This document shows, piece by piece, positions 10,238 to 19,494 of a DNA stretch of 64,000 nt. Position 1 is the stretch's first letter. Each line of letters begins with the position of its first letter. Source of the stretch: Candidatus Microgenomates bacterium (GTDB lineage: Bacteria > Patescibacteriota > Microgenomatia > UBA8517); contig JBEKNE010000001.1 of the NCBI GenBank assembly GCA_049523135.1, positions 287,770-351,769 of the forward strand, written 5' to 3'. A model generated the notes under the pieces. That model searched no databases. It was given only the letters and a program-made list of their open reading frames with translations, and was not told the DNA's origin. The position numbers were made by a program, and so were the translations under genes.

Positions 10238-10699
10238 GTGGCAAGTATAGCTAAACTTATCGTCGGCAGTTTTACTTTAAACTTGGGAAAGTTTTCTCTC
10301 CCCGTTACCTATATTCAGGCAATTGCAGTTCTTGCCCTTATTTTTTTTCTTGTCTTAATTCTTGCGCAGTTTAGGAGGCACTATGTCAACTGGTCTTTTA
10401 AAGGAGCCCTGTTTGGAATTGTTATCGGTTTTTTATTGGCTTTAGCTCTTGAAGGATTCTTACTTGTTGGTGGGAAAACCGTACTGATAAGTGTTTTGGG
10501 CTGGAAAAACCCGCCCGCTCCAATCTCAAATGCACTTGATGCAGGAAGAAGTAAATTGCTTCAGGTTTTGGGAACGGAAACTCAGGTTTCACCGACTCTT
10601 ATACAGGATGAAGTTACTGTAACCAATGCAATTGAACTTTTTCAAAGTTTAAACCCGACTGATATAAAAAAGGTAAAGTCGATTATTTGCCAACCTTGA
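10238..10699 (+). CDS. Hypothetical polytopic membrane protein
   Basis: GTG start; 3 predicted hydrophobic helices; no family recognised. Confidence 0.4.
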   Translation: MASIAKLIVGSFTLNLGKFSLPVTYIQAIAVLALIFFLVLILAQFRRHYVNWSFKGALFGIVIGFLLALALEGFLLVGGKTVLISVLGWKNPPAPISNALDAGRSKLLQVLGTETQVSPTLIQDEVTVTNAIELFQSLNPTDIKKVKSIICQP

Positions 10700-10756
10700 T
10701 TTTTGTTCCCGCCCTTTACTTTTAACTTTTGCCTTCTTTGGATATACTTCAGATAT

Positions 10757-11806
10757 ATGCAAGATATTGATGGAAAGGTTGATCAAATGACCTCCCGTTT
10801 GAATAAATTAATTGAGGTGGTGGATATTCCGAGTAAAAAGAAGAAAATAGAGGAACTTGAGGCTAAAGCGGCTGAGCCTTCTCTTTGGAACGATCCTCAA
10901 AGTGCCCGCGGGGTTACGCAGGAGCTTTCCGACCTGAAAAAGGAGGTGGAGGAAATTACCGATCTTTCGGATACGTTGGAAATTCTGAAGGAAGTGCCGG
11001 ATGAAGCCGAGGCCAGAAAGGCCGAGAAAGCTCTCGGGAAGCTTGAGCTAATATCTTATTTATCGGGTGAATATGATGCTAAAAACGCCCTAATTTCAAT
11101 CCATGCCGGCCAGGGAGGGACTGAAGCGATGGATTGGACAAATATGCTTTACCGCATGTATCTCAGGTTCTGCGAGCGTCAGGGATGGCCTACAGAGACT
11201 CTGGATTACACGGCTGGGGAAGAAGCCGGAGTCAAAAGTGTAACTTTTAAGGTTACGGGGCACTTCGCCTATGGCTACCTTAAGGGTGAGGCAGGAACCC
11301 ACAGGCTTGTCAGACAGTCTCCATTCAATGCGGATAAGCTTAGGCAAACTTCATTCGCCTTGGTTGAAGTGATGCCTGAGCTTGCCGATACCGATCTTAA
11401 GGATATTGAGATCAAGGATACCGACCTGGATTGGCAGTTCATTCACGCAGGAGGACATGGGGGTCAGAATGTAAATAAGGTGGCGACAGCAGTCCGGCTT
11501 ACCCACGTCCCGACAGGGATTGTAATTACGGCTTCAACCGAACGTTTTCAGGAACAAAATAGAAAAGCAGCCCTGGAACTACTGCGTGCCAAGCTTTGGA
11601 TTAGGCAGCAGGAAGTTGAGAAAGGTTTGAAAAAGGAGATTAAGGGTGACTATCGTCCGGCTTCATGGGGAACTCAAATCCGAAGCTATGTTCTTCATCC
11701 ATATAAGATGGTTAAAGATCTTCGTACGGATGTGGAAATCGGAAATACTGAGGCCGTTCTTGATGGAGGAATTGATGAATTTATAGATGCTGAGTTAAAA
11801 CTCTAA
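10757..11806 (+). CDS. prfB: Peptide chain release factor 2 (contiguous ORF, no programmed +1 frameshift)
   Basis: SPF tripeptide (RQSPFNA) and GGQ motif (HAGGHGGQNVNK); aligns along its length with RF2. Start at MQDIDGKVDQ, by homology with RF2 N-termini. Confidence 0.9.
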   Translation: MQDIDGKVDQMTSRLNKLIEVVDIPSKKKKIEELEAKAAEPSLWNDPQSARGVTQELSDLKKEVEEITDLSDTLEILKEVPDEAEARKAEKALGKLELISYLSGEYDAKNALISIHAGQGGTEAMDWTNMLYRMYLRFCERQGWPTETLDYTAGEEAGVKSVTFKVTGHFAYGYLKGEAGTHRLVRQSPFNADKLRQTSFALVEVMPELADTDLKDIEIKDTDLDWQFIHAGGHGGQNVNKVATAVRLTHVPTGIVITASTERFQEQNRKAALELLRAKLWIRQQEVEKGLKKEIKGDYRPASWGTQIRSYVLHPYKMVKDLRTDVEIGNTEAVLDGGIDEFIDAELKL

Positions 11807-11854
11807 TTTGGATTTGCTTTTTTGAGTTTTTAGGTGTTATATTGAGGTTAACCT

Positions 11855-12286
11855 ATGGAACCTCAAAATAAAAATATTTTCTCCAGGATTGATTTCAAAA
11901 AAAACTGGCCGTTTATTGCAATAGGATTGGCAATTATTCTTATCGGAGTCGGAACCTCATGGTTTATTTCTACAAGGTTAATAAATCAAACCAGCAGTGG
12001 TGAAGCTGCTCCTGGAGTAAAAGTTACTTCAACTGAAGCCGGAGTGCTGGATCCAAGCGTTAAGTATGATACTGCACAGGGGGTTGTGCAGGAGGGCGGA
12101 CTAAATGGTGAGGGTACTTTTCACCTTGTTCGTGACGGCGGACCATCCGACTATGTTTATTTAACTTCAAGTGTTCTTGATCTGAGTAATTTTGTTAATA
12201 AAAAAGTACAGATTTGGGGAGAAACTCTTGCTTCCAAAAAAGTCGGCTGGCTAATGGACGTAGCCAAGGTCCAGGTAACCCAGTAA
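11855..12286 (+). CDS. Hypothetical membrane-anchored exported protein
   Basis: N-terminal TM anchor followed by a Ser/Thr/Gly-rich linker and a small beta-rich domain. Confidence 0.4.
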   Translation: MEPQNKNIFSRIDFKKNWPFIAIGLAIILIGVGTSWFISTRLINQTSSGEAAPGVKVTSTEAGVLDPSVKYDTAQGVVQEGGLNGEGTFHLVRDGGPSDYVYLTSSVLDLSNFVNKKVQIWGETLASKKVGWLMDVAKVQVTQ

Positions 12287-12341
12287 ACTTTTAACACTGG
12301 CTTTATGCCTTTTCACTTGATACCCTAAAGTATCTTGTATT

Positions 12342-13013
12342 ATGTCTCAGGAAGAAAATAATTTGATAGTTTTTAAAGATGTTACGAAAGTATTCGGTCC
12401 GCTGACTGCGCTGGACAAAGTTTCCTTTGAAGTTAAAAATGGGGAATTTGTGTTTATCACGGGTCCTTCAGGTGCGGGCAAGACTACGATCTTAAAATTA
12501 ATATTGGGTGAGCTTATTCCGGATTCGGGAGGGGTAGTTGTGGACGGATCCGATGTTGCAAAGCTGACGGAAAAAGATTTACCTTCTTACCGCCAGAAAA
12601 TAGGAACGGTTTTCCAGGATTTTAAAGTTCTTTCTGAGAGAACTGTTTTTGAAAATACTGCGGTAGCGCTTGCCGTAATTGGACTTCCCGAAAGCGAATG
12701 GGACCTAAGAGTTCAACATGTTTTAAAATTAGTTGGGCTTTCCAGAAATTCCGATCATTTTCCGTCCCAGCTTTCCGGAGGAGAACTTCAGAGAGTTTCA
12801 CTTGCGCGTGCTTTGGTAGTCAATCCTAAAATAATTTTGGCAGATGAACCGACCGGAAACTTGGATTGGGAAACTTCCGACAATCTTATGCAGCTTTTTG
12901 AGAAAATAAACAAAGAGGGTAAAACCATTATTATGGCTACGCATAATATGGAAATAGTTAAAAAATACAAAAAAAGAATTATTAATATTGTGGGTGGTAA
13001 AATAAATAAATGA
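12342..13013 (+). CDS. ftsE: Cell-division ABC transporter ATP-binding protein FtsE
   Basis: Walker A GPSGAGKTT, ABC signature LSGGELQR and Walker B ILADEPTGNLD; ~220 aa, the typical FtsE length. Immediately followed by ftsX. Confidence 0.9.
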   Translation: MSQEENNLIVFKDVTKVFGPLTALDKVSFEVKNGEFVFITGPSGAGKTTILKLILGELIPDSGGVVVDGSDVAKLTEKDLPSYRQKIGTVFQDFKVLSERTVFENTAVALAVIGLPESEWDLRVQHVLKLVGLSRNSDHFPSQLSGGELQRVSLARALVVNPKIILADEPTGNLDWETSDNLMQLFEKINKEGKTIIMATHNMEIVKKYKKRIINIVGGKINK

Positions 13014-13924
13014 ATATTCATTTTAAAACTGCTTGGGGATATATCAGACGTTCTCCATTTCAGGCGCTTGCCGTATCATTTGTTCTTACTTTAACCTTTT
13101 TTGTGGCAACTTTGGTTTCTACCCTTGTTTATTCATCCTCAAAACTTATTAATTATTTTGAAACAAGACCTCAGGTAATTGCATTCTTAAAAAGTGATGC
13201 ACAGGATTCCGATATAGCGGATCTGCAGCATAAACTTGAAGATAATCCCCACATTAAAGACGTTAAGTATGTCAGCAAAGAGGAAGCGCTTTCAATTTAT
13301 AAAAATGCCACAAGCGACAATCCGCTATTAGGACAGCTTGTTGACCCGTCGATTTTCCCGGCATCACTTGAATTTTCCGTAACGGATTTATCTTTTGCTC
13401 AAAACATAATTGATCAGGTAAAAACCGAAAATATAGTAGATTCTGTTGGTTTTACTGCAGCTCTTGGGGGTGAATCCAGTTTAAATAGTGTTATTCAGAG
13501 ACTGAAAACAATTACAACTTACGTAAGAATTGGAGGAGCGGTTTTTGTGGGACTTTTGGCCGTAACCTCGCTTGTTGTTCTTCTTGTGATTACCAGTATG
13601 AGGGTTGTAGGAAGGAGAGAGGAAGTTGACATTTTGAATCTTATCGGGGCAACAAAAGGGTTTATTAGAAGCCCGATTGTTATTGAAGCTTTTATTTATA
13701 CTATTTTCGGAGTGGTCTTGGGTTGGGCAATTGCCTTTATTGCAGTCTTGTATTCTGCACCGACTATTGTTTCTTATTTCGGAGAAATTCCCATCCTTCC
13801 CAAAGATGTCTTGGGAATTCTTGAACTTTTTGGAGTAATACTTGCAATTGAACTTTTTGTCGGTGCGGCCCTTGCACTTTCCGGAAGTTTATTGGCAGTT
13901 TCGAGGGTTAAGAAAGTAAGATGA
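13010..13924 (+). CDS. ftsX: Cell-division permease-like protein FtsX
   Basis: N-terminal TM, a large extracytoplasmic loop, and the C-terminal FtsX 3-TM bundle. Start overlaps the ftsE stop. Confidence 0.85.
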   Translation: MNIHFKTAWGYIRRSPFQALAVSFVLTLTFFVATLVSTLVYSSSKLINYFETRPQVIAFLKSDAQDSDIADLQHKLEDNPHIKDVKYVSKEEALSIYKNATSDNPLLGQLVDPSIFPASLEFSVTDLSFAQNIIDQVKTENIVDSVGFTAALGGESSLNSVIQRLKTITTYVRIGGAVFVGLLAVTSLVVLLVITSMRVVGRREEVDILNLIGATKGFIRSPIVIEAFIYTIFGVVLGWAIAFIAVLYSAPTIVSYFGEIPILPKDVLGILELFGVILAIELFVGAALALSGSLLAVSRVKKVR

Positions 13925-15126
13925 AATTGGGCTATGGTAAAAAAAAATTATTTCTCCTCTCTTTAGCAGTAGGATTTTTTTTCTTCTTAGTTGGTGAAGT
14001 TAAAGCACAAACTTCCTGTGATAGTATGTGTGATCCAAGTGACAAAACATGTTTGAGTAATTTGCAGAATCTTTGTCAGGCCAAGGTTACAGAACTTGGC
14101 AATCAGGCAAACACACTTTCAAATCAAATTGCCCAATTTAATGCGCAAATTAAACTTACCTCACTTAAAATTTCTCAAACTGAAGCTCAAATTGCTCTTT
14201 TGGGTGGAAGAATTGATCAACTTGGACAATCTTTGGATAGTCTAAATCAAGCTTTTTCAGCAAGAGTAGTAGAAACTTATAAACTTTCGAGATTTGAAAA
14301 TAATTTTATTTTTCTTCTTTCGGCATCAAATCTGACGGATGCAGTATCAAGAATGCATTATCTTGAGAAAATTCAGGAAGAAGATAGGGATTTGCTTAAT
14401 AGATTACAAACTGCTCAGTCGACCTATCAGGGACAAAAACAAAGTCAAGAAAATTTGCAAAAACAGTTGCAGGTACAGCAGTCAAGCTTAAATCAGCAAA
14501 AAGCAGCAAAAAATGAATTATTGGCGGCGACTCAGAATAGTGAAACAAAATATCAATCCCTTTTGTTACAAGCTCGAAAAGAATTAGCAGCATTATCTCA
14601 ATATGCTCTAGGTAGGACTTCGACTGCACCAAATCAAACAGTTTGTGATGACTGGGGTTGTTATTATGCACAAGGTGACCCTCAATGGGGAAATATGATG
14701 CTTGGTAATTCTGGTTATACGGTTACGCAAGCTGGATGTTTAATAACCTCAAGTGCAATGATAGCAACTCATTATAAAAGAAACTATAAAAGAAACTTGA
14801 CTCCAGCTGATGTAGATACCGATCCTTCAGCGGGTTGGTTGTCTAAGACCATTACTGTCAATGGGGTGACAATAACAAGAACAAGTATAGGTGCCGACCC
14901 TTCTAATGTAAGTACTACAATAAATAGTATTGATAGTGAATTGAATGCTGGTAGACCTGTGATTGTTGGTTTAAGTGGACCTCATTTTATAGTTTTGCGA
15001 AGTGGGTCCAAAGGAAATTATAAAATGAATGATCCTTTAGGCAAAGATATCGGATATGATAAAGACTTCTCTAGTCAATATAGCCTTTCTGACATAATAG
15101 ATGTTGAGAGTGTGAGTGTGAATTGA
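13921..15126 (+). CDS. FtsEX-associated coiled-coil peptidoglycan hydrolase (PcsB/EnvC-like) with C-terminal papain-like (C39-like/CHAP-like) cysteine peptidase domain
   Basis: Signal peptide; a Cys-rich stretch (CDSMCDPSDKTCLSNLQNLC); a long Q-rich coiled coil containing the EnvC/PcsB-type segment ARVVETYK...FLLSASNLTDAVSRMHYLEKI. The C-terminal domain carries Cys (QAGCLITSAM) and His (GPHFIVL) motifs. Start overlaps the ftsX stop (ATGA). Confidence 0.7.
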   Translation: MKLGYGKKKLFLLSLAVGFFFFLVGEVKAQTSCDSMCDPSDKTCLSNLQNLCQAKVTELGNQANTLSNQIAQFNAQIKLTSLKISQTEAQIALLGGRIDQLGQSLDSLNQAFSARVVETYKLSRFENNFIFLLSASNLTDAVSRMHYLEKIQEEDRDLLNRLQTAQSTYQGQKQSQENLQKQLQVQQSSLNQQKAAKNELLAATQNSETKYQSLLLQARKELAALSQYALGRTSTAPNQTVCDDWGCYYAQGDPQWGNMMLGNSGYTVTQAGCLITSSAMIATHYKRNYKRNLTPADVDTDPSAGWLSKTITVNGVTITRTSIGADPSNVSTTINSIDSELNAGRPVIVGLSGPHFIVLRSGSKGNYKMNDPLGKDIGYDKDFSSQYSLSDIIDVESVSVN

Positions 15127-15253
15127 AAAAATTTAGGTTATCCAACGATGCATTTGTAATTCCAATAGTACTAAATTTCGAAATTGTTACTGATTATAAT
15201 AATAAATATTTATATAGGTTTTATTAACTCCCTAATTTTTAGTATCATTAGGA

Positions 15254-15676
15254 ATGTCTAGAAAAATTTTGAAATTTCTTAATTTATGGCTTCCTCCGAT
15301 TTTGTGGGCAGCCCTTATTTTTAAGTTTTCATCGGGAAGTATTCCTGTAGCCTCGCAAGTTTTTTGGCAGGACTTTATTATTAAAAAAACCGGCCACGTT
15401 CTGCTCTTTGGCATGTTCGCACTTCTTTCTTACAGGGGACTTACCGGTGAGGGGCTAAGCCGTAAAAAAGCTGCAATTTGGTCTGTTGCTATAGCGTTTT
15501 TGTACGGCGCATCCGATGAATTCCACCAAATGTTTACCCAGGGACGGGAAGCGACTGTCAGGGACGTTTTTATAGATGGAATTGGGGCAGGCGTTGTGAT
15601 GTATCTTTTCTATAATTTTTTGCCAAGGTTGCCTAAAAAAGTTCGTCTGTTTTTGCTACAATTCGATATCCTATGA
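15254..15676 (+). CDS. VanZ-like family membrane protein
   Basis: About 140 aa with 4 TM helices; KTGHVLLFGMFALL and SDEFHQ motifs typical of VanZ-like proteins. Confidence 0.65.
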   Translation: MSRKILKFLNLWLPPILWAALIFKFSSGSIPVASQVFWQDFIIKKTGHVLLFGMFALLSYRGLTGEGLSRKKAAIWSVAIAFLYGASDEFHQMFTQGREATVRDVFIDGIGAGVVMYLFYNFLPRLPKKVRLFLLQFDIL

Positions 15677-16665
15677 AAAAAATATTGGTAACGGGCGGAG
15701 CCGGCTACATAGGATCGTTTATGGTCCGCGAACTTCAATTGAAGGGTTTTGAACCGGTTATTGTGGATAATCTGTCGCAAGGACACAAAGAATCAGTTAA
15801 AGATTTTAGATTGGAGACTATCGATTTGGTTACGGAAAAAGAAAAATTGGATGCTCTTTTAACTTCCGAAAAATTTGACGGTGTAATTCATATGGCAAGT
15901 TTTATTCAAATGGGTGAGTCATATGCAAATCCTGCTAAGTATTACAAAAATAATGTGATAGGGATGATGAATTTACTCGATTCCATGAGGAAAAGCGGAA
16001 CCAATAAAATTATTTTATCCAGCAGTGCCGGAGTTTACGGTAATCCCGTTAAGCTTCCGATTGAAGAGGATGATCCCAAAAATCCGCTTAACCCTTACGG
16101 GGAAACAAAATATATTATGGAGCGGATGCTTGAGGATTACGATGCGGCTTACGGAATTAAATTTATAGGTATCCGCTATTTTAATGCGGCGGGAGCGGCA
16201 CTCGACGGAAGCATTGGTGAGGACCATCCGGAAGAAAGCCATTTAATTCCCAATATTATTAAAAAAGCCCTAAAAGGTGAGGAAATTGAAATCTTCGGTC
16301 AGGATTATAAAACGCCTGACGGAACTAATGTCAGGGATTATATCCACGTAATGGACCTGACGGAAATACATTCTACCGCTATGCAAAAATTACTGGATGG
16401 AGCCGAGAGCAATTTTTATAATGCAGGAATCGGCAGGGGATATTCAAATAAGGAAGTAATCGACATGATAAAAACAGTAACAGGGTTGGATTTGAAAATA
16501 AAATATGGTGAAAGAAGAGCGGGGGATGCCGATACCCTTTATGCATCAATTGAAAAGATCGGACATGATTTTTCCTGGGCTCCTAAATACGGATTAAAGG
16601 AGATTGTTGAAACTGCCTATGCTTGGCACAAAAATCACCCCCAAGGGTATGCTAATATGGATTAA
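15673..16665 (+). CDS. galE: UDP-glucose 4-epimerase
   Basis: N-terminal Rossmann motif VTGGAGYIGS and the SSSAGVYG/YxxxK catalytic region; 330 aa. Confidence 0.85.
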   Translation: MKKILVTGGAGYIGSFMVRELQLKGFEPVIVDNLSQGHKESVKDFRLETIDLVTEKEKLDALLTSEKFDGVIHMASFIQMGESYANPAKYYKNNVIGMMNLLDSMRKSGTNKIILSSSAGVYGNPVKLPIEEDDPKNPLNPYGETKYIMERMLEDYDAAYGIKFIGIRYFNAAGAALDGSIGEDHPEESHLIPNIIKKALKGEEIEIFGQDYKTPDGTNVRDYIHVMDLTEIHSTAMQKLLDGAESNFYNAGIGRGYSNKEVIDMIKTVTGLDLKIKYGERRAGDADTLYASIEKIGHDFSWAPKYGLKEIVETAYAWHKNHPQGYANMD

Positions 16666-17570
16666 TGACCCTTTTTGAAACCCTAAGACATATATTTGTT
16701 CCTCACGAGAGTAATAACCAGAAGGCAAAGCTACTGCACCCAGAAGGTTTATTCCTAATTATTATTGGGCTTATTTTTTATCAGCTAATGTTGGGCTTTA
16801 TCCATAAGGCGTTTCCGGAAGTATTGGGGTATGCGGCCAATATTTCTCCATCCGAAGTAATCAGTTTGACAAATCAGGAGAGAGTTGAAAACGGTCTGGC
16901 TCCCCTTAACGCAAATTCCACATTGTCCCAAGCTGCGGTGGCTAAGGGTAATGATATGCTTGCCAAGGGCTATTGGGCTCATTTTGCGCCCGACGGGACT
17001 TCACCTTGGAGCTTCTTTTTGAAATTCGGGTATAAGTATGAATATGCGGGAGAAAACTTGGCTCGGGATTTCCCGGATGCCGCCTCGGCCGTTACCGCCT
17101 GGATGAATTCCCCTTCCCATAGAGAAAACATTTTAAATCCCAACTATCAGGATATCGGTATCGGAGTTGTTGAAGGAAACTTGGCGGGTGTGGATACGAC
17201 CATAATTGTTCAATTTTTTGGAACTCCACTGGGAAGTCAGGCTTCAGTACCCGTTGTGCAGGCTAAAGAAGAAACAACCGTTTTGGGTGCCAAGCCGACC
17301 TATGTGCCTTCCCCAACCGCAACTCCCGGTGCGGCAGTTGTCTATGAAGCCACTTCGGCGGCTATCGTTTCATTTATTTCACCTTTCACTTCAACTAAAA
17401 GTATTTCGCTTCTGGTTACGGGAATCTTGATTTTGGTTCTGTCTGCCGATCTCATTATTGTTAGAAGAAAAAGGATTGCCAGGATTGGAGGAAGAACCCT
17501 GGCGCATTTGGCATTTTTCGGAATGATTTTAGCGGTTATACTGATACTGAAAGCGGGGCAGGTCATATGA
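16665..17570 (+). CDS. CAP/SCP (YkwD-like) domain protein flanked by N- and C-terminal TM helices
   Basis: CAP-domain motifs (GYWAHFAPDG, AWMNSPSHRENIL). A Pro/Thr/Ala-rich linker sits before the C-terminal hydrophobic segment. Confidence 0.7.
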   Translation: MTLFETLRHIFVPHESNNQKAKLLHPEGLFLIIIGLIFYQLMLGFIHKAFPEVLGYAANISPSEVISLTNQERVENGLAPLNANSTLSQAAVAKGNDMLAKGYWAHFAPDGTSPWSFFLKFGYKYEYAGENLARDFPDAASAVTAWMNSPSHRENILNPNYQDIGIGVVEGNLAGVDTTIIVQFFGTPLGSQASVPVVQAKEETTVLGAKPTYVPSPTATPGAAVVYEATSAAIVSFISPFTSTKSISLLVTGILILVLSADLIIVRRKRIARIGGRTLAHLAFFGMILAVILILKAGQVI

Positions 17571-17827
17571 AAGAATTTATAAAAGATTTATCTCACTATT
17601 TAGTACTTTTTGGGATACTTTTGGCAGGATTTACCGGACTTATAATTTTTTCCTATGATAAGTCTTTTCAAATTGCCGTATCTTTAGCCTTGGTTGCGGC
17701 TTACGTTTCATGGGGAGTGGTACACCACTATCTTCACAAAGATCTGCATTTCGAAGTAGTTCTGGAATATCTTGTTGTTGCGGTATTGGGGTTTGTAATT
17801 ATTTTTTCAATAATAGTTAGGACGTGA
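17567..17827 (+). CDS. Small 2-3 TM membrane protein (hypothetical)
   Basis: 86-aa hydrophobic ORF whose start overlaps the upstream stop (ATGA). Confidence 0.35.
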   Translation: MKEFIKDLSHYLVLFGILLAGFTGLIIFSYDKSFQIAVSLALVAAYVSWGVVHHYLHKDLHFEVVLEYLVVAVLGFVIIFSIIVRT

Positions 17828-17866
17828 TTTACTTAATATAAGCGTGATATACTTCTATCTACAGCC

Positions 17867-18757
17867 ATGAAAAAGGTAACTAAAGCAGTAATTCCGGCGG
17901 CAGGCTTCGGTACGAGATTTTTACCCCAAACCAAGGCTATGCCCAAAGAGATGCTTCCGATCGTGGATAAACCGATAATTCAATATATTGTTGAGGAACT
18001 GGTTGATGCAGGAATAAAAGACATAATTATTGTAACAGGCTACCACAAGCGTACTATTGAGGACCATTTTGACTATCCGAATCTTGATTTGGTTGAGAAT
18101 CTTAAGATGGGTGGAGACAAGAAACGCCCGCTTTTGGAAGAGGTTGAAAAAATTGCGGATTTGGCTAATTTTATCTATGTCAGGCAAAAAGGCCCTTACG
18201 GTAACGGCACGCCACTACTCAACGTTAGGGATATAATCGGAGACGAACCTTTTATTTATACCTGGAGCGATGACTTTATCGTTGCCCATCCCTCAAGATT
18301 TAAACAGCTGATTGCAGCCTATGAAAAGTACGGATATAGCTGTCTTAGCGGTGTAAAAGCGATTAAAGATGAAGATTATGACAGATATGGTTTTGTCGGC
18401 GGAAAGAGTCTCGAGCCCGGGGTTATTGATGCCAATGTGATTATAGAAAAGCCTGGTAAAGAAAACGCCCCTTCCGATCTGGCCACTGTTTCGGGATTTT
18501 TATTCACTCCCGATATTTTTGATTGTTTGGACAGAGCTTTAGCCAGGCTTGAAGACGGTCGGGAATTTTATTATGTGGATGCCCTGAAACTTATGCTTGA
18601 GGATGGGAAGCATGTGCTTGGGGTAGAAATAAAGGACGGCAAATACTATGATACCGGCAATAAGCTTGAGTACCTAAAAACTGTAGTTGAATTTGCTCTG
18701 AAACACCCGGATATGGGTGAAAAATTTAGAGATTATCTCAAATCCCTGGAGTTTTAA
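17867..18757 (+). CDS. galU: UTP--glucose-1-phosphate uridylyltransferase
   Basis: AVIPAAGFGTRFLPQTKAMPKEMLPIVDKPIIQY, the canonical GalU N-terminus; 296 aa. Confidence 0.9.
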   Translation: MKKVTKAVIPAAGFGTRFLPQTKAMPKEMLPIVDKPIIQYIVEELVDAGIKDIIIVTGYHKRTIEDHFDYPNLDLVENLKMGGDKKRPLLEEVEKIADLANFIYVRQKGPYGNGTPLLNVRDIIGDEPFIYTWSDDFIVAHPSRFKQLIAAYEKYGYSCLSGVKAIKDEDYDRYGFVGGKSLEPGVIDANVIIEKPGKENAPSDLATVSGFLFTPDIFDCLDRALARLEDGREFYYVDALKLMLEDGKHVLGVEIKDGKYYDTGNKLEYLKTVVEFALKHPDMGEKFRDYLKSLEF

Positions 18758-18772
18758 GATTCTTCCTCAAAA

Positions 18773-18801
18773 TTGATCCGGATTGCTCCTAGCAGTATAA
18801 T
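18773..18801 (+). promoter_or_regulatory. Sigma70-like promoter (TTGATC - 17 nt - TATAAT) 10 nt upstream of the ATG at 18812
   Basis: Hexamers at 18773-18778 and 18796-18801; no SD; implies a near-leaderless transcript. Confidence 0.45.
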
Positions 18802-18811
18802 TTGAACCTAT

Positions 18812-19312
18812 ATGAATGAAAAAGACGGTCTATTTATAAGTCCCACCAAAGGTAGGATGACTTCTTCTGAGGCTATTGAGGATATATCAAAATTTATAAA
18901 TGAAATGCCTGAAAAGTTTTACCGGATCGTAATAGGTTCGGATTCTCAGGCCAAAAGGACCAACGGTAAAAGCGAAGTTGACTATGTTACGGCTTTGATA
19001 GTCCATCGGGAAGGCTGTGGAGCCAGGTATTTTTGGAGGAAGGAAAAAGTTTTTCAGACTCCAATTCTGAGGGATAAAATTTATAGAGAAACTTCAATGT
19101 CGCTTGCCACCGCCGAGGAAGTAGTTCCTCTCCTTAGGGAAGCTATTTCCCCCACAAAATATAATTTTGAGATCCATATTGATGTTGGACCCTTGGGTCC
19201 TACCCGCGATATGATAAACGAGGTAACCGGTATGGTTCAGGGAAACGGCTTCAAAGCCAAAACCAAGCCCGAGAGCTGGGGAGCTTCAACTGTTGCGGAT
19301 AAACACACCTAA
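18812..19312 (+). CDS. Hypothetical protein (possibly YkuK/DUF458-like RNase-H-like fold; assignment from memory only)
   Basis: 166-aa ORF preceded by TTGATC-17-TATAAT. No motif I can assign firmly. Confidence 0.45.
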   Translation: MNEKDGLFISPTKGRMTSSEAIEDISKFINEMPEKFYRIVIGSDSQAKRTNGKSEVDYVTALIVHREGCGARYFWRKEKVFQTPILRDKIYRETSMSLATAEEVVPLLREAISPTKYNFEIHIDVGPLGPTRDMINEVTGMVQGNGFKAKTKPESWGASTVADKHT

Positions 19313-19325
19313 ATACCCTGTAGTC

Positions 19326-19354
19326 TTGACTTTTAGATTCAGTAGTGGTAGCAT
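19326..19354 (+). promoter_or_regulatory. Possible promoter (TTGACT - 17 nt - TAGCAT) driving a ~135-nt leader for the GC-rich Nudix-like gene
   Basis: Hexamers at 19326-19331 and 19349-19354; a strong AAGGAG RBS lies downstream at ~19481-19486. Confidence 0.35.
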
Positions 19355-19422
19355 CTCTCCGTTCGTGGAATAACTCGCCCTTTCAAATCAGCTTCAAATT
19401 ACACCCTAAATTCATTTTAGAG

Positions 19423-19437
19423 GTGCCCGAACAATTT
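19423..19437. repeat. Left arm of an inverted-repeat pair flanking the GC-rich gene (GTGCCCGAACAATT)
   Basis: A perfect 12-nt reverse-complement match (GTGCCCGAACAA vs TTGTTCGGGCAC at 20183-20194), extending to 15 nt with one mismatch. GC-rich in an AT-rich background. Confidence 0.6.
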
Positions 19438-19494
19438 TGGGTAAAAAACTGTTATAAATCTATATTTTGAAAAGCCAAGAAAAGGAGAAAAGAA

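Noticed and set aside
10703-10756. Upstream in-frame ATG extending prfB by 18 codons (MFPPFTFNFCLLWIYFRY)
   Set aside because: The extension is hydrophobic and unlike RF2 N-termini. Starting at MQDIDGKVDQ aligns with known RF2 proteins.
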